Shown in pieces: positions 19,370-26,297 of a stretch of DNA of 61,229 bases. The notes beneath the pieces are model-generated. The model searched no databases. It was given only the letters and a program-made list of their open reading frames with translations, and was not told the DNA's origin. Both the position numbers and the translations under genes were made by a program. The stretch is from positions 1 through 61,229 of the forward strand of contig JANMKC010000122.1 in the NCBI GenBank assembly GCA_031371785.1, in the 5' to 3' direction. How positions within the stretch are numbered: the first letter of the stretch is position 1; every line of letters starts with the position of its first letter. This DNA comes from Flavobacteriales bacterium. Its GTDB lineage: Bacteria > Bacteroidota > Bacteroidia > Flavobacteriales_F > PHOS-HE28.

Positions 19370-20077
19370 TTACTGCAAAGCCCTCCCTTTCCGTTTGAAA
19401 TGGTCGCTGAACTTCTCCCGCATACGAGCAGCGTGCTCATGCGTGATGAGCTGGTCGTCGAACCGTTTGAGGAAGCTCTTCGGGATGTGCGGATTGTTCA
19501 AAGTGGAACCGCGCGCCATGAGGTATCCCGCGCGCTGCTTGAGGACGGTAAGCATGAATGCCGGTGAGTATCCGCCCGCAACATCCATCGCGGCGCGGTA
19601 CTCTTCCAGCGTCCATTGCTTCTTGTAAAGTCGTTGAGCGTCCGCCAAACTGTAGTTGTCCTTCTCGCCGCAGATCACCGCGAGGTCTTGAAGCGTGAGT
19701 TTGCCTGACGCCAGCGCACCCAGATCGAAGTCGGGCTTGATGTAGCCCTCCACTTGGGCGATCCACGGTTCCATCTCGTCCGGCGTAAGGCAGAGCGTGG
19801 AGAGCAGGCGCGGTTTGCCGCGTGACCCCTCGGTGGAATAGTAGCCGATGACCCAGATCTTCTCGCGCCACTTGCGGATGTGCTCCATGCCCACATCGCG
19901 GGCTGTGGAGATCGAATCCGTCGTGGTGGATTTCACTTCCACTGCCACACGTAGTTTCTTGCTTTTCACGGTCGCCTCGAACCATGCGTCCTCACCTCCG
20001 CGCGAGTGGTCCGGATCCCAGACAAGGTTGAACAGGTTGCAGAGTTCCTGCTCGCGGCTATCGTCTTGAACAGCCAT
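19370..20077 (-). CDS. putative type II restriction endonuclease (PD-(D/E)XK-like)
   Basis: A 235-aa protein encoded 3 nt downstream of the m5C methyltransferase on the same strand. The candidate catalytic motif is D-X15-EVK (GEDAWFEATVKSKKLRVAVEVKSTT). No specific enzyme family was recognised. Confidence 0.6.
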   Translation of the reverse strand: MAVQDDSREQELCNLFNLVWDPDHSRGGEDAWFEATVKSKKLRVAVEVKSTTTDSISTARDVGMEHIRKWREKIWVIGYYSTEGSRGKPRLLSTLCLTPDEMEPWIAQVEGYIKPDFDLGALASGKLTLQDLAVICGEKDNYSLADAQRLYKKQWTLEEYRAAMDVAGGYSPAFMLTVLKQRAGYLMARGSTLNNPHIPKSFLKRFDDQLITHEHAARMREKFSDHFKRKGRALQ

Positions 20078-20080
20078 TGC

Positions 20081-21196
20081 TCACATCATCGCATCGAGTA
20101 TGGACCGCGCGACCCGATATGCGACAGGCGGGCAAACGGAGTTGCCGATCTGGCCAAGCTGTTGGTACACGGCGCCCTTGAATTGCCAATCCGCAGGGAA
20201 TCCTTGCAGCAGTGCGCAATCCTGTACTGACATGCGGAAGTGCCCGTTCTCCGGTGGGAAGTTGCTCGCCAATGTGCGATCGCGTTGCACGCCGTTCGGC
20301 CAAACACGCAAGGCACCCCATGAAGTGAGCGATGCTTTGCTGTTCACCACGCCGGTGCAACTGCGCGGGCCGGTGAACCCGGAGCGCAGTGTGGGCGCGA
20401 TGCCATCGGTGCCGATGTCCGGCAGGCCCAACGCTTCACGAACGCCGATGCAACGCGCTGTCGAGGAACCCGGTTCCGTGGCATGCGTGGCGACAGGGGG
20501 CGCGAAACGGCGATACTCTTCCGCGTTCCGGAAGCCGACGATGAAGACACGCTTGCGCGTTTGCGGCACGCCGAACTGTTCCGCCCGCATGATGAAACGG
20601 TGCAGATGGTACGTTCCGTTCAGCGGTGCTTCGATCGCTTCACGCACGAAATCCTTGAACTTCGGGTCCAGCAATCCGGGAACGTTCTCCGCAACGAACA
20701 CGCGCGGACGGATGGCCAGCACGGCCCGTACGAACGAGGGCCACATGTTCCGTTCATCCTCCGCGCCTCGCTGATGACCGGCGATGGAGAACGGCTGGCA
20801 GGGCGGGCCGCCGTGCAGCAGGTCCACGTCTCCTTTGTATGGTCGCCAATCCACCTGCCGCACATCGCCATCGGCACCCGCATGTATGTTCCACGCCGGC
20901 CGGTTGTGCAGCAATGTTTCGCCACAGATGGAGAGGATCTCGTACGCGGCCGCATGCTCGAAGCCCGCTCGCTCGAAACCCAGATCGAGCCCGCCGCCAC
21001 CGGTGAACATGGACAACGCGCGCAGCCCATGCGCCGCGATCGAGGGCATCAATTGGTTCGGGTCGAAGCGTGGTGTGTTCACCGGATGCACCGCCTCGAT
21101 GGTACCATGCACCAACGCCATCCGCTTTCGTTCGTTCGATCGCTGCGCGGTGCGGCGGTACTCGGCGCGGCGTTCAAGTGTCAGGGTATAGGCCAT
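20081..21196 (-). CDS. DNA (cytosine-5)-methyltransferase
   Basis: All conserved m5C-MTase motifs are present in order: FTGGGGLDLG (I), GGPPCQPFS (IV), ENVPGL (VI), QTRKRVFIVG (VIII), MSVQDCALLQGFP (IX), GNSVCPPVA (X). The listed start at 21247 is a TTG; the first ATG is at 21196. Confidence 0.92.
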   Translation of the reverse strand: MAYTLTLERRAEYRRTAQRSNERKRMALVHGTIEAVHPVNTPRFDPNQLMPSIAAHGLRALSMFTGGGGLDLGFERAGFEHAAAYEILSICGETLLHNRPAWNIHAGADGDVRQVDWRPYKGDVDLLHGGPPCQPFSIAGHQRGAEDERNMWPSFVRAVLAIRPRVFVAENVPGLLDPKFKDFVREAIEAPLNGTYHLHRFIMRAEQFGVPQTRKRVFIVGFRNAEEYRRFAPPVATHATEPGSSTARCIGVREALGLPDIGTDGIAPTLRSGFTGPRSCTGVVNSKASLTSWGALRVWPNGVQRDRTLASNFPPENGHFRMSVQDCALLQGFPADWQFKGAVYQQLGQIGNSVCPPVAYRVARSILDAMM

Positions 21197-21535
21197 GGTC
21201 CAGTTCCACAAAGCCGACGGAAGATCCGTCGAGAGAGCGCCGGACAATGTAGGAACGGGTGGTCGATCCTCTTCCCGATCGCCGGGCTTTCAGAACACAC
21301 TACCCATTCCGCCAGAGCAGTATGCCCAAACCTCAAACCTCGCGCAGGGTATAGCCTCGGACCCTGCGTTCTTTGCTTTCATGGGCCAATGTGGCTTGCA
21401 TAGGCGCATGACCAGTTTGCGCAGGGTCCCTTACTTTGGTGGAACGCACACCATGTTGTGAGATCCTGCGGGAGGAGGACCATCTGCACCGCAGGTCAGG
21501 TGATATCGCGAAGACTGATCAAGTAATAACGAACC

Positions 21536-22429
21536 ATGAAGCATGCACTTCTACTTCTTACCCTGTTCGCCGCCCAGGCGCAAGCGCAGATCATCTACAC
21601 GGACGTGATCCCCGATGAGGATCATCCACTCGGATGGACCAATGACACCTGCTTGATCGATCTGGACAATGATGGGACTGTGGACTTCGACGTAAGGTTG
21701 ATCGTCGACAGCTTGGGGCCTGCTTGTCCCGCACCATGCCTTCCTGGTTCTCATACGAGCCCGACCCATGTGCTTGCGGATCCGATGAACGGGAATGAGA
21801 TCGCCGACAGCGCCGCGACATTTCCCGCGGAGTTCGATCAAGGCGAACCGATCGATGCATCATTGGTTTGGGATCCGGATGCGGCACAACTCCTCATCGA
21901 GTACGTCGGAGCTTCCTGTCAGCATGTCGTTAATTTCTATTTCTGTTTCCCGACCACCCCGCATGGGGATTGGGGCATCACTTCGAACGGGTTTACGACC
22001 GGCTTCCTGGGTCTGCGATTCTTCATTGGAGCCAATAGGCACTATGGCTGGGCGCGTTTCAGCATTCACCGGAACGGCACCGGCATAACGAAGTACACCC
22101 TGCATGACTACGCCTACAACAGCGTGCCCGATGAGTTCATCCTCGCTGGCGATACCGGCATTGGCAGCTCGACGAACATGGTGGGTCTTTCACATCCATC
22201 GGTACGGATCGTTCCGAACCCCACGACAGGGAAGTTCACGATCGAGGGCCAGGACAAGTCGCGCGCAACGAGCCTGGTGATCCGCAATGCGATGGGGCAG
22301 GAAGTTCTTCGCTCCACGTTGAGCAGCCCGCATTCGGAGATCGATCTCACTTTGCAGCCCAGCGGCGTTTACTTCTTCACCATCGGAGCGTCGAAGGGGA
22401 TGATCATGAGGAAGCTGGTCAAGGAGTAA
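21536..22429 (+). CDS. secreted protein with a T9SS type A sorting domain
   Basis: Signal peptide MKHALLLLTLFAAQAQAQ and the C-terminus VRIVPNPTTGKFTIEG...SGVYFFTIGASKG. Confidence 0.8.
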   Translation: MKHALLLLTLFAAQAQAQIIYTDVIPDEDHPLGWTNDTCLIDLDNDGTVDFDVRLIVDSLGPACPAPCLPGSHTSPTHVLADPMNGNEIADSAATFPAEFDQGEPIDASLVWDPDAAQLLIEYVGASCQHVVNFYFCFPTTPHGDWGITSNGFTTGFLGLRFFIGANRHYGWARFSIHRNGTGITKYTLHDYAYNSVPDEFILAGDTGIGSSTNMVGLSHPSVRIVPNPTTGKFTIEGQDKSRATSLVIRNAMGQEVLRSTLSSPHSEIDLTLQPSGVYFFTIGASKGMIMRKLVKE

Positions 22430-22465
22430 GACATTCCGAACAAAGAAGCCAAACACTCCCCACCC

Positions 22466-22613
22466 GCGCTCGGGTGTTTCCCGAGTGCCATGGTCGTGCA
22501 TCCGCCTCTGGCGGCCTGCGGCAGCATTCGTGAAGCGGCCATACGCAAGTATCAGCGCACACCTGAGGGCCAGAGGCCGAGAGCATGCGGCACTCGGGAA
22601 ATACCCGAGTGCC
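22466..22613. repeat. ~148-bp intergenic element bounded by two CTCGGG-N5-CCCGAGTGCC hairpins, with an inner 9-bp inverted repeat
   Basis: The left hairpin is at 22466-22489 and the right at 22589-22613 (GGCACTCGGG-AAATA-CCCGAGTGCC, a perfect 10-bp stem). The inner inverted repeat is GCCTCTGGC (22504-22512) / GCCAGAGGC (22569-22577). Confidence 0.6.
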
Positions 22614-22744
22614 GGGATCGATCAACCGACTAGTGTCTTCATCGGTCGATCATATTGGCCGTCCGGACGGCGATTTCATTCCACTCAGCTATTGACACGA
22701 GGATCGGACCTCCAACATCTTGCGGCCCACCAAATCAAAAAAAC

Positions 22745-23851
22745 ATGAAAAAGACCTACTATTCCCTGTTAACGGTCCTGTGCCTTATCGGCACCGTACC
22801 AAGCATGGCCCAGTGCAACCTGGTATCCACGACCGTCGTGGGCCAACCCACTTGTGGCATGAGCAACGGCACCGTCCACATCAATGTAAGTGGTGGACAG
22901 ATCCCGTACACGTACTATTTCAACAGTGCCCAAGTGGCCGGACCGGACCTGAGCGATGTATCCGCTGGCGCGTACACCTATTGGGTGCATGATGCCGTTT
23001 ACTGCTGGTTCAAAGGCGATGTGGTGATCACCTGCCACGAAGATTGCCATTTCAAGACCTTTACACAAGGAGGCTGGGGCGCTGTGCCCAACGGCGGGAA
23101 CCCGGGCGTGTACATGACCGCGCATTTCGCCAGCGCTTTCCCGAACGGATTGACGATCGGTTGCAACCGCATCTTGCGCTTGACCAACGCTCAGGCGGTA
23201 ACTGACTTCCTGCCTTCAGGTTCCACGCCGAAGAAATTGTTGAACAACCTTTACCTGAATCCGGGAGGTAGCTACAACAACGTGCTCGCAGGCCAATTGG
23301 TGGCCGCCACGTTGAGCGTGACCTTCGACGCCGTGGATCCGACCTTCGCACCATCGGGTGGCGCTTTGGGCAATGGTGTGATCTCGAGCGGCACGTTCGC
23401 AGGCTGGACCGTAAGCAGCCTGTTGGCGGCTGCCAACCAGTTCATCGGCAACTGTTCTTCCTCCTATACCGCATCCCAGTTCAATGAGGCGCTTACCGCG
23501 CTGAACGAGAACTTCGACAACGGGATCTCGGACAACGGCTTCGTGATCTGCACCAAGGCCGGCGAGAACCGCTCGCTCCAAAGCGCGGAAGCGGGCATCG
23601 ACCTCGGCGTATTCCCGAACCCTGCCAGCGATATGTTCACGGTGAACGTGCAATTGCCTGCGGCGGGTGAGGGGACGATCGTCCTTTACGACATTACGGG
23701 CCGCATCGCCATGCAACAGAACTTCAGTTCCGAAGACTCGGCCGTTCGATCGATCCCGGTCAACGTCTCGATGCTGAACGCGGGCACATACACGGTTTCC
23801 GTGGCGTACAACAACACCCTGCGCACCTCACGCTTGGTGTTGGCCCGATAA
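22745..23851 (+). CDS. secreted protein with an SprB-type repeat and a T9SS type A sorting domain
   Basis: The ATG at 22745 gives MKKTYYSLLTVLCLIGTVPSMAQ. An SprB-like repeat follows (CNLVSTTVVGQPTCGMSNGTVHINVSGGQIPYTY). The C-terminus is GVFPNPASDMFTVNV...GTYTVSV. Confidence 0.8.
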   Translation: MKKTYYSLLTVLCLIGTVPSMAQCNLVSTTVVGQPTCGMSNGTVHINVSGGQIPYTYYFNSAQVAGPDLSDVSAGAYTYWVHDAVYCWFKGDVVITCHEDCHFKTFTQGGWGAVPNGGNPGVYMTAHFASAFPNGLTIGCNRILRLTNAQAVTDFLPSGSTPKKLLNNLYLNPGGSYNNVLAGQLVAATLSVTFDAVDPTFAPSGGALGNGVISSGTFAGWTVSSLLAAANQFIGNCSSSYTASQFNEALTALNENFDNGISDNGFVICTKAGENRSLQSAEAGIDLGVFPNPASDMFTVNVQLPAAGEGTIVLYDITGRIAMQQNFSSEDSAVRSIPVNVSMLNAGTYTVSVAYNNTLRTSRLVLAR

Positions 23852-23877
23852 GGAGGGTTGAACGGGTACAAAAGCCT

Positions 23878-23905
23878 CAAGGGCGCTCCGAACGGGGCGC
23901 CCTTG
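23878..23905 (+). terminator. hairpin terminator candidate
   Basis: CAAGGGCGC-N10-GCGCCCTTG is a 9-bp perfect stem lying 27 nt after the stop at 23851. There is no clear T-tract. Confidence 0.5.
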
Positions 23906-24028
23906 TCGCATTCATGGAGAGGTCCGCAGGACGGGGATCCGATGACATTCGCGTCCTGTTGTCATGTACCTTTCAACCTCGTAAGGATCCCATAGTCTTG
24001 TAAGGTGGAATCTGAAGGAACAGATCGC

Positions 24029-24358
24029 ATGCGACAGTGGGCAGGACATATTTTCGCGACGTGCGTCCTGATCGCCTCCGGGCTTTCGCTGCAAGCACAG
24101 GATCCCGCCGCAGCCCCTGGTACATATCAGTTGATGACGATCAACCCGAAGGTGCCGGAGGTCTTCACCACGGACCTGCGCGTCTTCATTGGAGCCCACC
24201 GCGCACTGGACCATGAGGTGCTGCTCCGGATAGGGCAGGTGACCTGGGTGCTGATCTACTCGCAAGCGGAGATCGACGCCCCCGGATTCCAAGCAGCGGA
24301 CGACATGATCGTACCGGTGGATCCGGCGACGCTCTTCAACAAACCGGAGATCAAGTAA
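24029..24358 (+). CDS. small hypothetical exported protein
   Basis: The ATG at 24029 gives MRQWAGHIFATCVLIASGLSLQAQ, a signal-peptide-like N-terminus. Its stop overlaps the start of the next gene (TAATG). No family was recognised. Confidence 0.5.
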   Translation: MRQWAGHIFATCVLIASGLSLQAQDPAAAPGTYQLMTINPKVPEVFTTDLRVFIGAHRALDHEVLLRIGQVTWVLIYSQAEIDAPGFQAADDMIVPVDPATLFNKPEIK

Positions 24359-26163
24359 TGTGGCCCGCATCGCTTCGCGGACCTTGTTCCGCACTCTTCC
24401 TCGTCTCCTGTGGTGTGATCGCGCAACCGGCGAACGACAACTGTGGCACCGCACAAGTGGTTCAGCCGAATGGAACTTGTTACAGTGGAACGACCGTGGG
24501 CGCCAACGACAGTTGGATCGGCACCGTAGGCTGTGCGGGCAACAATGTGGATGTGTGGTACAGCTTCGTAGCCACAGGGTCCGTAGCCAATTTCCAGGTC
24601 ACCAGCGGGACCATGGGCGGCAACATAGAGATCGTGCTCGTGTCCTCCACCAGTCCTTGCAACGGGCTTGGCTTGGAAGGTTCCGTTTGTGCACCGAGCC
24701 CGGTCGCCCTGGACGTGTCCTTTTCCTTGGTGGTCGGGAACACCTACTACTACACGATCTCCAGCACGGGTGCCACGGGAACCTTCACGACGTGCGTAAC
24801 CACCGCCAACACACCTCCCGCACCGGGGCTCGATTGCCCGACGGCATCAGCACTATGCACGAACGCCCCCTTCAGCCAGGGGAATTTCACGGGCATCGGT
24901 GCGACCGAGGAGATCTCCCAGAACAGTTGTTTCGGACTGGATGAAAGACAGTCGAAATGGTACACGTTCACCTGTTCCCGGAGCGGCACATTCCAGCTAT
25001 TGGTGAACCCGTCCAACTATACGGCCGGCCCGCAAACCGGTGATGACTTCGACTTCTCCCTGTGGGATGTCACCAACGGCTGCTACGTTTCCGCGAGTAT
25101 CCTCCCTGTGCCGATCGCGTGCAATTGGAGCGGTTGTGTGGGAAGCACCGGTATCGCACCGACCACACCGTACATGGCCCAGATCGCAGGCACGGACTAC
25201 CAGAACAACAACCCTCCGGGACCCGGTGATTGCCTCAGTTCCCAACAATGGATCACCACCAGCGTCACCTTGACGGCCTGTCACCGGTATGCATTGCTGA
25301 TCGACAACTACACGACCAGTTCAGGGGGCTTTTCGGTCGCTTTCGGGGGCACTGCGGTGATGGGACCCAATGGTGCGTTCACCTACACGCTCGATCCCAT
25401 GTGCTTGAAAGTGGTCGTGAACCGGGGGACCTACTGCACCGACAGCCACATGACCTACCAGTGGAATTTCGGCGATGGATTCACCTCGACAGTGGGCGTA
25501 CCGGGACAACATACGTATTTGGTGATGGGCGTCTACACGATCTCCCTCACCGTGACCGACGCTAACGGCTGTGTGGACACCTACTCGCAAACCGTGGATG
25601 TGGGTTGTACCACATTGCCGATCGAACTGGTCGACTTCACAGCGACCCCGTTCGATGGTTCGGTCCGTGTGGAATGGACCACCGCTTCGGAGTTGGACAA
25701 TGACCATTTTGTGGTAGAACGCGGCGTGGACGGGATCGGATTCTCTTCAGTAGGGATCGTGCAAGGTGCCGGGCACTCCACCCGATCCTTGCACTATGCT
25801 CTCACGGACGTTCAGCCTTTGGAGGGCCTCTCGTATTACCGCTTGCGCCAAGTGGATCACAATGGTGTTTTCACGGTAACGAAAGTCATCCCGGTGGTTT
25901 TCCAACGGTCGATGGGGGAGATACGGCTCTTTCCGATGCCGGTCAGCGACCACTTCTATGTCTCGGTCGAGCTGCCCCAAAGCGGCCATCTGGACCTGCG
26001 TGTTGATGACGTCTTCGGTCGGCAAGTGGCAGAACAGACAAGCGATGCGGTGAAAGGATCCAATACGGTCCGGATGGACCTCCCCCGGATCGTTCCCGGC
26101 GTCTATTTCTTGCGCACCCTGTCGGGTACCGACGAACGCACGGTCAGGTTTGTGACCGAGTAG
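24358..26163 (+). CDS. secreted protein with ANDxC jelly-roll domains, a PKD domain and a T9SS type A sorting domain
   Basis: It contains QPANDNCGTAQ...VDVWYSF, the PKD signature YQWNFGDGFTS...YTISLTVTDANGC, and the terminal IRLFPMPVSDHFYVSV...GVYFLRTLSG. Confidence 0.8.
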   Translation: MWPASLRGPCSALFLVSCGVIAQPANDNCGTAQVVQPNGTCYSGTTVGANDSWIGTVGCAGNNVDVWYSFVATGSVANFQVTSGTMGGNIEIVLVSSTSPCNGLGLEGSVCAPSPVALDVSFSLVVGNTYYYTISSTGATGTFTTCVTTANTPPAPGLDCPTASALCTNAPFSQGNFTGIGATEEISQNSCFGLDERQSKWYTFTCSRSGTFQLLVNPSNYTAGPQTGDDFDFSLWDVTNGCYVSASILPVPIACNWSGCVGSTGIAPTTPYMAQIAGTDYQNNNPPGPGDCLSSQQWITTSVTLTACHRYALLIDNYTTSSGGFSVAFGGTAVMGPNGAFTYTLDPMCLKVVVNRGTYCTDSHMTYQWNFGDGFTSTVGVPGQHTYLVMGVYTISLTVTDANGCVDTYSQTVDVGCTTLPIELVDFTATPFDGSVRVEWTTASELDNDHFVVERGVDGIGFSSVGIVQGAGHSTRSLHYALTDVQPLEGLSYYRLRQVDHNGVFTVTKVIPVVFQRSMGEIRLFPMPVSDHFYVSVELPQSGHLDLRVDDVFGRQVAEQTSDAVKGSNTVRMDLPRIVPGVYFLRTLSGTDERTVRFVTE

Positions 26164-26248
26164 CCTGCTCCTTCATCGGTTGTCACGATCCGGCCATACG
26201 GCGCACCGGAGTGGTCATCGGGGACCTGAAGAATATTCCTGAAAAGCG

Positions 26249-26273
26249 CGCGCCCCGGACAAGCCGGGGCGCG
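26249..26273. terminator. bidirectional terminator hairpin between convergent genes
   Basis: CGCGCCCCGG-ACAAG-CCGGGGCGCG is a perfect 10-bp GC stem flanked by GAAAAG on the plus strand, which reads CTTTTC after the stem on the minus strand. Confidence 0.75.
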
Positions 26274-26297
26274 TGCTCCCTTTCGCTGAACCCAACC

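Noticed and set aside
21248-21535. Searched this and the other gaps over 150 bp (16454-16649, 22430-22744, 41915-42249, 45512-45771, 53647-53874) for tRNA, tmRNA or integrase remnants that could mark island borders.
   Set aside because: I could recognise no tRNA-like T-arm (GTTCRANYC) in a cloverleaf context and no recombinase fragments. A proper tRNAscan/Infernal run is still needed, so their absence is not proven.
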